Position numbers and translations under genes: made by a program. Under the pieces are notes generated by a model. That model was not told the DNA's origin and did not search any database. It worked only from the letters and a program-made list of their open reading frames with translations. A stretch of 64,000 nt of DNA from Deltaproteobacteria bacterium (GTDB lineage: Bacteria > Bdellovibrionota_C > UBA2361 > SZUA-149 > JAITKM01), in assembly GCA_031278395.1 (NCBI GenBank), contig JAITKM010000007.1:222818-286817 (forward strand), read 5' to 3'. Below, in pieces: positions 19,221 to 29,601 of this stretch (the first letter of the stretch is position 1; the number at the start of each line of letters is the position of its first letter).

Positions 19221-20882
19221 ATGGATTTTGATTTAAGCGTTATATTAAAGCAAATTTGGAATATGTATAAAAAACTCTCGGCAATGCAGAAGCTGGCATT
19301 ACCATTGTTATTTGTGCTGGGCGTGGTCAGTATTGTTTTTATTTCAAAGTGGGCAAGTCGTCCCGAATATGAAGTTTTATTTTCTAACTTACGTGAAAAC
19401 TCAGCTGCTAGCGTGATTCAACAGCTCAAGGATAAAAAAATATCCTATACCCTGCAAGATAATGGACATACTGTCTTAGTTGCTCCGCCTTCAATTATTA
19501 ATGAGCTGCGTCTTGACCTTGCCTCGAACGGTATTCCAAGCAGCGGTAGTATTGGCTTTGAAGTTTTTAAAGAAAACTCTTTTGGGCGTACCGGTTTTGT
19601 TGAAAAAATTATGGGCGTGCAAGCACTCCAAGGCGAACTAGAAAGAACCATTGCGAGTATTAGTGCAGTCCAAAGTGTACGGGTACACATTACTAAACCA
19701 GAGCGTTCAGTATTTGTTACTAAAGATATAGCCCCTACTGCGTCAGTCTTTCTTGACCTGAAAGCCGGGACTAGTTTAGAGAAAAAACAAATTAAAGGTA
19801 TTACAAATTTAGTTGCCAATGCAGTTGAAGGCTTAACACCAGAAAATATCACTATTGTTGATGAGCAAGGTAGTCAACTAAGCTATCAAGCTGAGGCTGA
19901 GCTGGACGGCTTAGATATATCAAGATTCGACTATCAAAAGAAACTCGAACAAACATATGAAAAACGGATTGAGTCGATGTTAAGCGGTATTTTAGGTGAT
20001 GGCAAAGCAATTGCTCGTGTTACAGCGGAACTAGATTTTAATAAAGTTGAAAAAGAGGAAGAAATTTATGATCCCAGCAGTAAAGTTGCTCGTAGTGAAA
20101 GACTGCTTTCGGATAAGCTGGCTGGCACCGAAGAAGTTGGCGGTGTTTCTGGCGTGATGTCTAATTTGCAAAATCAGCGAGGTTTATTAAAAGCGCCGGA
20201 TGGACAAAATGGTCTGGGACGCAAAGAATCCCTGGTTAATTATGAAATCTCACGTTCGGTCAGCAGAACCACCGCGCAACTAGGACGTTTAAGTCGTCTT
20301 TCGGTAGCAGTATTGGTCGATGGCAATTATACCACCACAGTAGGAGCGGCAGAAGCAGAATATAAGCCACTTTCAACTGAAATGATAAAACAAATTGAAA
20401 ATTTAGTTAAACAATCTGTAGGTTATGATTCGGCACGCGGCGATATGGTTACTGTAGAAAATATTCGTTTTATTGAGCCAACTGTTAGCACTCCGCTAGC
20501 AACGACAACTCCAACAGGAATTAATTTTGATTGGCAAAATAAAGCCTTTTTAATGGAAACGGGTCAGGTCGTTGTACCATTTTTGATTGCCGTTTTCTTT
20601 TTTATTTTTATGGTGCGTCCTTTGGTTAAAACTTTGTTAGCTAAACCAACCGAAGCGGATGTTGATTTAAGTAGATTATTGCCAACTGGTATCAAAGAAT
20701 TGGAAGCAGAATTAGAAGCTGAACGTAAGAAACTTTCAACTTCAATTGGGAGTGATGATATTGGCACTATTGATATTGAAGAACTGGAAGGGTTAATTGC
20801 AAGCAATGCCAAAATGACTAAAGAAAATCCACAACAAGCAGCCTTGTTGATTAGACATTGGTTAAACGAAGGTATTAGGTAA
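19221..20882 (+). CDS. fliF: Flagellar M-ring protein FliF
   Basis: N-terminal TM, large periplasmic ring-forming domains, and a second TM near residue 450. Confidence 0.9.
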   Translation: MDFDLSVILKQIWNMYKKLSAMQKLALPLLFVLGVVSIVFISKWASRPEYEVLFSNLRENSAASVIQQLKDKKISYTLQDNGHTVLVAPPSIINELRLDLASNGIPSSGSIGFEVFKENSFGRTGFVEKIMGVQALQGELERTIASISAVQSVRVHITKPERSVFVTKDIAPTASVFLDLKAGTSLEKKQIKGITNLVANAVEGLTPENITIVDEQGSQLSYQAEAELDGLDISRFDYQKKLEQTYEKRIESMLSGILGDGKAIARVTAELDFNKVEKEEEIYDPSSKVARSERLLSDKLAGTEEVGGVSGVMSNLQNQRGLLKAPDGQNGLGRKESLVNYEISRSVSRTTAQLGRLSRLSVAVLVDGNYTTTVGAAEAEYKPLSTEMIKQIENLVKQSVGYDSARGDMVTVENIRFIEPTVSTPLATTTPTGINFDWQNKAFLMETGQVVVPFLIAVFFFIFMVRPLVKTLLAKPTEADVDLSRLLPTGIKELEAELEAERKKLSTSIGSDDIGTIDIEELEGLIASNAKMTKENPQQAALLIRHWLNEGIR

Positions 20883-20887
20883 TACAT

Positions 20888-21910
20888 ATGGCGACAGAAA
20901 CAGAAACCCCTAAGAAAAAAATAAGCTCAACGCAAAAAGCAGCAATTATCTTGATGAGCTTAGGTAAAGACCAAGCCGCTGAAGTTATGCGTTTTTTGTC
21001 TGAAAGTGAAGTTAAAAAAATCAGTCGAGCATTTATGGAGGTTCAAGAAGTTCAGCGCGAAATTCAACAGGAGATCGCGACCGAGTTTCGCAAAATGCTC
21101 ACTGCAGCAAATAAGCTCGTGATTGACGGACAAGAATTTGCCAAAGATGTAATTGCGGCAGCTTTTGGTAGCGAAGGTGGCGATAGCCTGTTGGATTATA
21201 TGAAAGGAAGTAAAAAAGAATCCTTAACTTCTATTATAGGGGATATTCCAGAAAATATTTTGGATACAATTATTGCTGGCGAACACCCGCAAACTGTAGC
21301 TTTTATCTTAACTAAAATGTTACCAGACCAAGCCGCTCGCACAGTTGCCAGATTAGAAGAAGAATTGCGTTTTGATGTTATGCGTCGTTTATCCACTATG
21401 GAAAATGTTAAAGCTGAAGTTGTTGATGAAGTTCGCGAAATATTACGCGGTTATATTAAAGGGGGAGGGCAGGAAGAAGAAAATGTAGGCGGTCCTAAAG
21501 TTGCTGCTTCAATTTTAAACTTAATTGATAAAAATATTGAAAATCAGATTTTTGAAGATTTAGAAGAAACGAATCCAGAACTCGCATCTGAAATTAAGAG
21601 TTTAATGTTTACCTTTGAGGATATTGTTGGTTTTGACGATCGCACAATGCAGACAATTTTAAAAGACGTCCCACGCGAAACTTTAGTTTTGGCAATTAAA
21701 ACAGCTAGTCCAGAATTAAAGACGTTAATCTTTAAGAATATGTCGCAAAGAGCCGGGCAAATGTTAAAAGAAGATTTAGAAGTTATGGGACCAACCAAAT
21801 TGAAGGATGTAGAAAAAGCTCAACAGTCGATTATTGACTTAATTAGAAAATTAGAAGGCGAAGGTAAGATTGTCATCGGCGGTGGCACAGGTGGAGATGT
21901 CTTAGTTTGA
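20888..21910 (+). CDS. fliG: Flagellar motor switch protein FliG
   Basis: FliG N/M/C domains, including the conserved region MGPTKLKDVEKAQQSIIDLIRKLEGEGKI. Confidence 0.9.
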   Translation: MATETETPKKKISSTQKAAIILMSLGKDQAAEVMRFLSESEVKKISRAFMEVQEVQREIQQEIATEFRKMLTAANKLVIDGQEFAKDVIAAAFGSEGGDSLLDYMKGSKKESLTSIIGDIPENILDTIIAGEHPQTVAFILTKMLPDQAARTVARLEEELRFDVMRRLSTMENVKAEVVDEVREILRGYIKGGGQEEENVGGPKVAASILNLIDKNIENQIFEDLEETNPELASEIKSLMFTFEDIVGFDDRTMQTILKDVPRETLVLAIKTASPELKTLIFKNMSQRAGQMLKEDLEVMGPTKLKDVEKAQQSIIDLIRKLEGEGKIVIGGGTGGDVLV

Positions 21911-21917
21911 GAATATT

Positions 21918-22655
21918 ATGAAGATAATTGATTCTATCAAAGATTATATTGCGTCGAACTACCAAGATCAGGGCTGGGAACGTCTGGGAGCTTGCGAGGG
22001 AGAGGATTTTAATAGCTTGGAATGTGAAAAACTAGGTTTAATGCCGAGCGTTAGTCCAATGTTTGAGGATTTTGAGGAAAGCCAGTTTGCCGAAGTTATC
22101 GCAGAAGCTGATTCAGATTCTGAAATTAATCCAGAATTAATAGAAAAAATAAAAGAAGAAAGTTTCGCAGCGGGCAAGTTGGCTGGTAGAGAAGAATGTA
22201 AAAGTCTAGTCACAGCCGAATATACTAAACAACTTGAAGTATTAGAAAATAAGTTCCAGCAATTAACATTTGATATTAACCAAGAGAAAAAAACTTTTTA
22301 CGAAAAGCTGGAAAAAGAAACACTGAATCTGGCGCTGCAAGTTGCCAAGAGAATTTTACAAATTACGGTCGAGACAAAACCAGACTATATAATTGAAATT
22401 CTGCATCAGGCTTTTGCAACCAAGCTGGCAAGTCAGCCGCTAAGAATCAAGCTGTCACGGACAGATTACGAGTTTATACAAAAGTTAGGTTTACCAGCTG
22501 AGTTAAGTCCTGAAAAGACAGGTGTTGAATATGTAGCAGATAATAATATTAAGTCTGGCTGTATTGTTGAAACAGAAGTTGGAAATTTAGATTTACAGAT
22601 TGAAAATATGTGGCGCGAGGTAGTAGCGCAATTGGAGGAGATTTATAAAGCATAA
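21918..22655 (+). CDS. fliH: Flagellar assembly protein FliH
   Basis: Acidic N-terminus, FliH/ATP-synthase-b-like coiled coil, and C-terminal FliI-binding region. Position between fliG and fliI. Confidence 0.7.
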   Translation: MKIIDSIKDYIASNYQDQGWERLGACEGEDFNSLECEKLGLMPSVSPMFEDFEESQFAEVIAEADSDSEINPELIEKIKEESFAAGKLAGREECKSLVTAEYTKQLEVLENKFQQLTFDINQEKKTFYEKLEKETLNLALQVAKRILQITVETKPDYIIEILHQAFATKLASQPLRIKLSRTDYEFIQKLGLPAELSPEKTGVEYVADNNIKSGCIVETEVGNLDLQIENMWREVVAQLEEIYKA

Positions 22656-22682
22656 AGGTTCCCTGAATTATTGGAGATATCC

Positions 22683-23987
22683 ATGAATTATTTTGGTCGC
22701 GCGGAAGAATTATTAACTCGTACATCGCCAGTCAGCACTTGCGGTTATGTAACAGATATTACGGGACTAATTATTGAAGGCTCTGGACCAGCTGTCGGCA
22801 TTGGCACAACTTGCACAATTGTTCAAGACAGTCGTCGTATTGCAGCGCAAGTTGTAGGATTTAGAAAAGGTAGTATTTTGCTTATGTCTTTTGATGATGT
22901 TTATGGTATTGCGCCTGGCGCAACAATTATTTCACAAGGGGAAATTTCAAAAGTTTTAGTTAGTCGTGAACTTTTAGGACATGTTATTGATCCGTTAGGT
23001 AAACCGCTGGATTCGGCTTTGCCTCTGACAGTTGGTTCAGAAGTTCCTGTATTTCAAAATCCACCGTCGCCACTCAAACGCGATAGAATTGAGGAAGTTT
23101 TTGATGTGGGGATTAAGGCAGTGAATAGTATTTTGTCTATTGGTAAAGGGCAACGTGTAGCAATTATGGCTGGTTCGGGTGTAGGTAAATCAACTTTTTT
23201 AAGTATGATTGCTAAACATTCCAAAAGCTCGATTAATGTAATTGCTTTAGTAGGCGAGCGAGGACGTGAAGTGCGGGAATTTATTGAAAGAGATTTGGGC
23301 GTTGAGGGACTGGCCAGAAGTGTCATTGTTACGGCAACCAGCGATTCCAGCGCCTTGCTTAGGATACGAGCTGGGTTTGTGGCTACTGCGATTGCGGAGT
23401 ATTTTAGAGATCAGGGAGAAGATGTGTGTTTGATGTTGGATTCAATTACTCGTTTTTGCATGGCACAAAGAGAGATTGGTTTAGCTGTGGGTGAGCCACC
23501 TTCAACTAATGGCTATACGCCATCAGTTTTTGCGCTCTTACCCAAGTTGCTTGAACGAGCTGGTTGTAAGGCTGGGGCTGGGTCGATTACGGCATTCTAT
23601 ACTGTTTTGGTTGAAGGCGATGATCTAAACGAACCTATTGCAGATGCAGTGCGAGGTATTCTTGACGGTCATATTGTTTTAAGTCGGGCGTTGGCAAATG
23701 CAGGTCATTATCCAGCTATCGATGTCTTGCAAAGTGTATCTAGAGTGATGACTGATATTGTGCCAATTGAAAAGATTACTTTAGCACAAGAGACGCGAAA
23801 AGTGCTAGCCGATTATAAAGCCATTGAGGATTTAGTAACGGCTGGAGCTTATAAAGAAGGGCAAAATAAGTCGGCGGATTATGCTTTAGCGCATATTGAA
23901 GAAGTGCAGGAGTTTTTAAAACAAAAACCGCTTGAGGCATATAATGTCGGGCAAGCTGATGAATTATTAAGTAAGGTATTTAAATGA
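22683..23987 (+). CDS. fliI: Flagellum-specific ATP synthase FliI
   Basis: Walker A MAGSGVGKST and Walker B DSITRF, with F1-ATPase beta-like fold. The ORF track start at 22671 is a TTG inside the upstream leader motif. The ATG at 22683 has GGAG 5 nt upstream. Confidence 0.9.
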   Translation: MNYFGRAEELLTRTSPVSTCGYVTDITGLIIEGSGPAVGIGTTCTIVQDSRRIAAQVVGFRKGSILLMSFDDVYGIAPGATIISQGEISKVLVSRELLGHVIDPLGKPLDSALPLTVGSEVPVFQNPPSPLKRDRIEEVFDVGIKAVNSILSIGKGQRVAIMAGSGVGKSTFLSMIAKHSKSSINVIALVGERGREVREFIERDLGVEGLARSVIVTATSDSSALLRIRAGFVATAIAEYFRDQGEDVCLMLDSITRFCMAQREIGLAVGEPPSTNGYTPSVFALLPKLLERAGCKAGAGSITAFYTVLVEGDDLNEPIADAVRGILDGHIVLSRALANAGHYPAIDVLQSVSRVMTDIVPIEKITLAQETRKVLADYKAIEDLVTAGAYKEGQNKSADYALAHIEEVQEFLKQKPLEAYNVGQADELLSKVFK

Positions 23988-24415
23988 AAAAATTTGATTT
24001 TCGCTTAGACAAAATTTTAGATTATCGACAAGGTTGTCGGAAAATAAGTCAGGAGGAGTTAGTGCGGCGTAATAATGAATTATTTGAGATAGAGCAATAT
24101 ATTGAAGCCCTAGCTAAAGAGCAGCAGCGAGTTGCTACCAGCCAAGAGCAGTATCAATTAAATATTGCGGACTTGTTTTTGTCTTCGATGTATCAGGAAA
24201 AATTGCAAAAAGAGTTAGTTCTGCAAAAAGAATTAGGTAAGAAAGTTGAGGCGCAAGTTGATTTAGCTCGTGAGAATTATATAGAGAAAAGTAAGGAAGT
24301 TCGTGTTTTGGAATTATTAAAGGATAAAAAATTTGACGAGCATAAAATAGATTTAAAGAGAAGTGAAAGAAAACGTTTAGATGAAATAGCACACAGACAA
24401 CCAAGAGGAGTTTAA
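23984..24415 (+). CDS. fliJ: Flagellar export chaperone FliJ
   Basis: ~140-aa coiled-coil protein overlapping the fliI stop (ATGA), in the canonical position. Confidence 0.6.
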   Translation: MKKFDFRLDKILDYRQGCRKISQEELVRRNNELFEIEQYIEALAKEQQRVATSQEQYQLNIADLFLSSMYQEKLQKELVLQKELGKKVEAQVDLARENYIEKSKEVRVLELLKDKKFDEHKIDLKRSERKRLDEIAHRQPRGV

Positions 24416-24417
24416 GC

Positions 24418-25314
24418 ATGGCAATACAAACAAATAATCTAGCCCAAACTCAAGAGAGTATTACCACACAACAACGAGCTGAAATGCTAAAATTGTTGGA
24501 TAATGAATTAAAAAGACGTGGTCAGAGCGGGAACAGGAATGTAAATGCAGGTCTTAGTGAACGCCAGAAATTAAACACATTTACATTTCCAACTAGTGCA
24601 AGACAAGGTTCTACTATTGTTAGTGTTCTGGATAATCAGGAAGAAACAGAAGCTCGTCGTCAAAAGATTAAGCAGTTAGAGGAAAAGATTGAAGCTTTAA
24701 AACAAGAATATTTATTAAAACAAGTTGCGACTAATAAAAACAAGATGCAATCGCTGAAGAACAATTTAAATTCAATACTCCGTTGGGGATTAGCGTTGGT
24801 TTTGATTCTAGTTGGGACAATAAGATTGGCGCTGCCAGAGGATTTACTGGATAGTTTAGAAAATAAATTATCAGCGCTTCCAAAAGTTGAAATTTTGGCG
24901 CAACAAGTAATTGATTCTGAACACACTCCAGCTGAAAATAAAATTTTGTTAGCCTTAGATAAAAGACGGGTTGAATTAGAAAATAGGAAACAAGAGTTAG
25001 ATAAACGAGAGCAAGAATTAGCTTTGCAAGATCAAATTCTTGCTACTAAAGCCAAAGAATTAAAAACTCTATATACTGAATTGCAAACTCGTCGAGCTGA
25101 AAAAGATAAAAAAGCTTTGGCGCGCTTAGAGCAATTAGCGGAAGTTTATGGTTCCATAGCCCCAGAGCAAGCTGCGCCAATTATTGCTAAGTTAGATGAT
25201 GAAACCGCACTGAGCTTATTAGAGCATATGACAGGTAAACGTATGGGGCAAATTTTAAGCGCAATGAGTAGTGAAAGAGCAATTGAACTAACTAAGGGTT
25301 TAAAGCAGATATAA
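24418..25314 (+). CDS. Flagellar-operon protein with MgtE-N/MotE-like C-terminal domain (hypothetical)
   Basis: Coiled-coil N-terminal half. C-terminus LLEHMTGKRMGQILSAMSSERAIELTKGL resembles the MgtE_N/MotE family. Translationally coupled to fliJ. Confidence 0.4.
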   Translation: MAIQTNNLAQTQESITTQQRAEMLKLLDNELKRRGQSGNRNVNAGLSERQKLNTFTFPTSARQGSTIVSVLDNQEETEARRQKIKQLEEKIEALKQEYLLKQVATNKNKMQSLKNNLNSILRWGLALVLILVGTIRLALPEDLLDSLENKLSALPKVEILAQQVIDSEHTPAENKILLALDKRRVELENRKQELDKREQELALQDQILATKAKELKTLYTELQTRRAEKDKKALARLEQLAEVYGSIAPEQAAPIIAKLDDETALSLLEHMTGKRMGQILSAMSSERAIELTKGLKQI

Positions 25315-25369
25315 ACTCCTCCCTGTTGCTGCTCCGCATCGACGAAGTTTGTTTTTTACCTCATATTTT

Positions 25370-27358
25370 TTAAGCTAAAATAGAAGGTGTTGGACTGCTA
25401 GTAAGAGGAAGTTCTTGAGAAGTAATTTTATCGCAGGTTGTCTGAATTTCAATGTCTTTAAAACCATTAGCTTCTAAAATCGATTTTAAAAGTGGAGTTT
25501 GAGTTGCTAAAAAATTAATTACTTCTTGCTGCTCAGCGGTTAAATTAAGCCACATTTCGGCTTGGCGATAAGCAATATTAATCTCAACTAAGCCCAGATT
25601 AGGTAGAGGAAGAGTAACCTGAATTTTTTGAAATGGAATCTTTGAGTTGCTAGTCGCGGAATCTTCAAATTGTTGAGCGTTCGCATCCTGGTCTTGATTT
25701 ACAAATATATTAGCGTTAGCCAATAAACCATGCAGTAGAAACGGAAATAAAATTAGCGCTGGCTCACCAGCTGCTTGCAACATAGGATTAAGATTAAGGG
25801 TTGTATTTTGAGTTACAATTAATTGTTCTACCTTATTAATTAGCGGTTGAATATCTAATTCTTGATGAGTTGGTGAATTTGCTAATAAATTTTGGTCTAA
25901 ATTATTTTTTAGTAAACTGAGATTCTTTTCAAACTGTTCTTGAATCTTATCCAAGTGCAGATTAACCTTGATTTCTTTAGGTTGTGTGGAGTTGCTGGAG
26001 TTCAATTTTAATGCTGTGGCTAAGAGTTGGGGTTGAACTTTTTGAGATGCAGCTAAATCATCTAGGCGAGTTAAATTTGTGTTGGGCTTTGGCTCATGGC
26101 GTTGCCCCAAAAGTTCTGGTGTTAAACTTTCTTGCGCTAGTAAATGGTTGAGCTGTGGTATTTGAGTTTTAAGAGGGCTAACGTGGTTCTTAGTCGAAAG
26201 TGGCAAATTGGGAGTTAAATTTTTTATAATTTCGTAGCTGACAGAATTTAGAAATTTTTCAAGCTTTTGTGAGTGGCTGGTTGTGGTGGTAGGTAGTGTT
26301 GAGCTTGATTTGAGCAGTGAGGTGGCTGGTTCGTGGAACATAAAGGTTTTAGGTGATGTTTCTGTTAAGGTATTGCTCTGGGTTAATGTTGTTTGGGGAG
26401 ATGAATATTGTTTAATTGGTTCAAAAATTTCTTTTAGTTGCGTTGTCAAAATTGTTTTTAGGTTTATATCTTGTTTAGTCACTGCTGTGTTACTAACTTC
26501 TTTTATAACTTCGTTTAAAATTAGCGCTTGGATTTTTGTAGGTAGTTGATTTAGTTTTTCTGCGATATTTTGAAGATAATTTGCTGTGGCAATTTTATTG
26601 GCTGGATTGTCAGTGTTAGCAGCTGATATATGTCGGAGCAAGGTAATAATATTCTTAGTTGTTTCTTGGATTAGAGGCTGAATTTGTAAAGGAGTTTGAG
26701 GTGTTTCAGGAGTCGTCAGCAAAGATTTAACTGGGATAGAATTTAAAGCAGCTTTAAATTGGGTTAAAAGGCGAGCTTGTTGTCCGTTAGTTGCTGCTAG
26801 GATGTTTTTTTCTAATTCAGAAATCAGAGTTTGAATTTGTGATTTGTTAGTTTCTGGTTGAGGTTGAGCTACTTCTGAGGATTGAATTTGATTAGCCGTA
26901 ATTTCTAATTGGGCTAAGATTTTATTTAGTTGTGGGTTGTTTTTGAGCAGCTCAAGTAGAGGAGTTTGAATTTTTAGGCTTTGTTGAGTATTGTTAAAAA
27001 TATTTTTTAATGTATTTTGTAGAAAATAATTTAATTCTTTTTCAATTTTAAATTCTAGATTATTGGCTACTTCATTTTTGGGGATGATAGCTTTTTGAAT
27101 ATCAATAATTTTTAGAACTACTTCTCCAGCGGTAATTTCGACTTTAGCTTGAATTATATCGCCAGCTGTTAAGTTGTTTGGTAGCTTAGCTTGAATAATT
27201 TGGTTTTTATAGTTGATTGTTCCTAACTCTGAATCATCGGCTTGAGCCGCAACAACAAACTTTAGCGTTTCGCCTTCACTAATCTTCTGTGTCTGTTGTA
27301 ACCAGACAGAACTACTGTTCGCCTTAATAGTAACAATATTATTGGGTATAGTTTGCAT
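25370..27358 (-). CDS. fliK: FliK-like flagellar hook-length control protein (Q/T/P-rich)
   Basis: Low-complexity Q/T/P/N-rich protein with a C-terminal block (PLPNLGLVEINIAYRQAEMWLNLTAEQQEVINFL) resembling the Flg_hook domain. Confidence 0.5.
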   Translation of the reverse strand: MQTIPNNIVTIKANSSSVWLQQTQKISEGETLKFVVAAQADDSELGTINYKNQIIQAKLPNNLTAGDIIQAKVEITAGEVVLKIIDIQKAIIPKNEVANNLEFKIEKELNYFLQNTLKNIFNNTQQSLKIQTPLLELLKNNPQLNKILAQLEITANQIQSSEVAQPQPETNKSQIQTLISELEKNILAATNGQQARLLTQFKAALNSIPVKSLLTTPETPQTPLQIQPLIQETTKNIITLLRHISAANTDNPANKIATANYLQNIAEKLNQLPTKIQALILNEVIKEVSNTAVTKQDINLKTILTTQLKEIFEPIKQYSSPQTTLTQSNTLTETSPKTFMFHEPATSLLKSSSTLPTTTTSHSQKLEKFLNSVSYEIIKNLTPNLPLSTKNHVSPLKTQIPQLNHLLAQESLTPELLGQRHEPKPNTNLTRLDDLAASQKVQPQLLATALKLNSSNSTQPKEIKVNLHLDKIQEQFEKNLSLLKNNLDQNLLANSPTHQELDIQPLINKVEQLIVTQNTTLNLNPMLQAAGEPALILFPFLLHGLLANANIFVNQDQDANAQQFEDSATSNSKIPFQKIQVTLPLPNLGLVEINIAYRQAEMWLNLTAEQQEVINFLATQTPLLKSILEANGFKDIEIQTTCDKITSQELPLTSSPTPSILA

Positions 27359-27470
27359 CTACTTTTAGATGCAGTTTTTAGCTAAGTGGTTTATTTTTTT
27401 ATAGTTAACGCCTAATACTAGCTAACAATGTATTATCCTCAAAAACCGATGTTATGTTGTATTTTACTGT

Positions 27471-27496
27471 AACACAGGCAGGATTACCTGTGCTAG
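27471..27496. repeat. REP-like palindrome copy 2 (inverted orientation) at the 3' end of the REC-HisKA gene
   Basis: CACAGGCAGGATTACCTGTG is the reverse complement of CACAGGTAATCCTGCCTGTG. Confidence 0.55.
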
Positions 27497-27505
27497 ACGT
27501 TTGAT

Positions 27506-28198
27506 TTATTCCCAGTCTTTGTCATTAGGGAGGTGAAAGGTTGCAACGTTACCTTTGGTAACTTGCTGAATCTCAGTCATGCTTTTTAATTCTTTAAGAA
27601 CAGTCTTAATACGTTTGCCACTTTCTTCTACAACTTTTAGACTTTCTTTTTGTTCTTTTGAAAGTTCTAGTGAAGATTTAAGTAAAAAAATTCCACCAAA
27701 AACAGCGCCTAAAGGATTGTTAATTTCATGTTCAAGCGTCGCAATCAGAGTTTTAATTACTTCGAGTTTTGATTCTTCTAACTTAGTGGCTAATAATTTA
27801 TTTTCGAATTCCTTCCTTTCTAATAAGGCAAAAATTAAAGGAATAAATAACGGTTCTGAAATTTGTCTTTTATGCACAAAGTGCATGGCTCCAGCTCGAA
27901 CGCTTTTAGACGGAATTAGCGGCGAATCATCTGAACTCATGGCAATCTTAGCCGAATACTCAAATTTAGGATGATTAAATAATTGTTCTCCAGTTCCATC
28001 TGGTAGAAAATGGTCAAGAATAGCAATATTAATAAACTCTGTCGTGGTTTCAAGAAAATTAGTAGCTGCGGCTATTGTTTCAGCTACATGGAAAAAAAGA
28101 TTGTTGTTCCAGCTTTTTAGTCTTAATTGTAACAATCTCAAAAATGACTGATCGTCTTCCAAAATAAATATATGTAATGGACGTTCTTCTAGTTTCAT
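27506..28198 (-). CDS. Receiver domain fused to HisKA-like dimerisation/phosphoacceptor domain, with no HATPase domain
   Basis: REC acidic pocket (FILEDD, DHFLPDG). H-box LEHEINNPLGAV. The protein ends ~60 aa later with no ATP-binding G-boxes. Confidence 0.6.
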   Translation of the reverse strand: MKLEERPLHIFILEDDQSFLRLLQLRLKSWNNNLFFHVAETIAAATNFLETTTEFINIAILDHFLPDGTGEQLFNHPKFEYSAKIAMSSDDSPLIPSKSVRAGAMHFVHKRQISEPLFIPLIFALLERKEFENKLLATKLEESKLEVIKTLIATLEHEINNPLGAVFGGIFLLKSSLELSKEQKESLKVVEESGKRIKTVLKELKSMTEIQQVTKGNVATFHLPNDKDWE

Positions 28199-28334
28199 TG
28201 AATGATTAGAGATACCCTATTGTTAAAAATGAGGCTTTATTGTAGTAGCACCTAGTTTTAACTAGTCCCCTTAACTTTAGATTGGATTTTTAACAACCCC
28301 TTATTTTTTTTAAGATAAAAACAAAATTGTAGTT

Positions 28335-28517
28335 ATGAAACATATATTATTTCTATTTTTATTAGTCTTGTCTCTTGGTTTTTTAGAAAGTTGTGGAGTG
28401 AAAAAATTGGATCCAGGTAGATGTGAAGTTAATGATGATTGTAAACAGTCATTGCGCTGTGTGGATACATATTGCAAGGATATTTATTATCCTCCGGAGT
28501 CCTTAATGGTGCCATAA
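28335..28517 (+). CDS. Small secreted Cys-rich protein (hypothetical, 60 aa)
   Basis: Signal peptide plus five Cys after the signal. Its stop overlaps the prfA start region. Short, so low confidence. Confidence 0.3.
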   Translation: MKHILFLFLLVLSLGFLESCGVKKLDPGRCEVNDDCKQSLRCVDTYCKDIYYPPESLMVP

Positions 28518-28520
28518 CAG

Positions 28521-29588
28521 ATGTTACTTGAAAAGTTAGAAGGTATTGAAAGTCGTTACCAAGAGTTGACGCAACTATTATCACAGGCGGAAGTTATTGC
28601 TGATCGGGAGAATTTTACCAAACTAAATAAGGAACACGCTGAACTTGCGCCCATTGTTTTTGTTTTTGAAGAATATAAAAAAGTCTGCAAAGAATTAAGA
28701 GACAGTAAGACCTTACTAGACGAAACCAAAGATAATGAACTCAAGGAGCTAGCTTTATTAGATATTGAGAATCTGAAAGAAAAAGAAGTGCAATTAAAAG
28801 ATAAATTATTAGGTTTAATTGCCCCTAAGGATCCTAACGACGATAAAAATATTATTTTAGAAATTCGAGCTGGCACTGGCGGAGATGAGTCAAGTATTTT
28901 TTCTGGAGACTTATTTAGCATGTATTCCAAATACGCAGATTTGCAGCATTGGATAGTTGAAATTTTAAGCGCTTCTGAAGGCACAATGGGCGGCTATAAA
29001 GAAATTATAGCTCGGATTGAAGGCCGAGGAGCTTTTAGCCGTCTTAAATACGAACGAGGTGTGCATCGTGTGCAACGTGTGCCTCTAACAGAAACTCAGG
29101 GGCGTATACATACTTCAACCTGTACTGTAGCCGTTTTGCCAGAAGCTGAAGAAGTAGAAATTAAAATTGATGATAAAGATTTGCGCATTGACGTCTACCG
29201 CTCGTCGGGAGCAGGTGGACAAAGTGTAAATACAACAGATTCAGCTGTGAGAGTTACTCATATCCCGTCTGGTTTAGTTATTACTTGTCAAGATGAAAGG
29301 TCTCAATGGAAAAATAAGGCTAAAGCCTTGATGGTGCTGAGGTCGCGCTTGTTAGCCTTGCAAGAGTCAACTGCATCTGCCGAGCGTGCAGATGATCGAC
29401 GTTCACAAATTGGGACTGGAGATAGATCAGAGAGAATTCGCACTTATAATTTTCCACAAGGGCGAGTTTCGGATCATCGGATAGGGCTTACGCTTTATCA
29501 AATTGAAACTATTATGGCTGGTAATTTAGATTCAGTTATTAATCCATTAATGGCACATTATCGGGCAGAAGCCTTAAAGAAAGGGTAA
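28521..29588 (+). CDS. prfA: Peptide chain release factor 1
   Basis: GGQ motif ([23 protein letters not shown]) and PxT-type class-I RF architecture. Confidence 0.95.
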   Translation: MLLEKLEGIESRYQELTQLLSQAEVIADRENFTKLNKEHAELAPIVFVFEEYKKVCKELRDSKTLLDETKDNELKELALLDIENLKEKEVQLKDKLLGLIAPKDPNDDKNIILEIRAGTGGDESSIFSGDLFSMYSKYADLQHWIVEILSASEGTMGGYKEIIARIEGRGAFSRLKYERGVHRVQRVPLTETQGRIHTSTCTVAVLPEAEEVEIKIDDKDLRIDVYRSSGAGGQSVNTTDSAVRVTHIPSGLVITCQDERSQWKNKAKALMVLRSRLLALQESTASAERADDRRSQIGTGDRSERIRTYNFPQGRVSDHRIGLTLYQIETIMAGNLDSVINPLMAHYRAEALKKG

Positions 29589-29601
29589 TCTATATATACT
29601 T

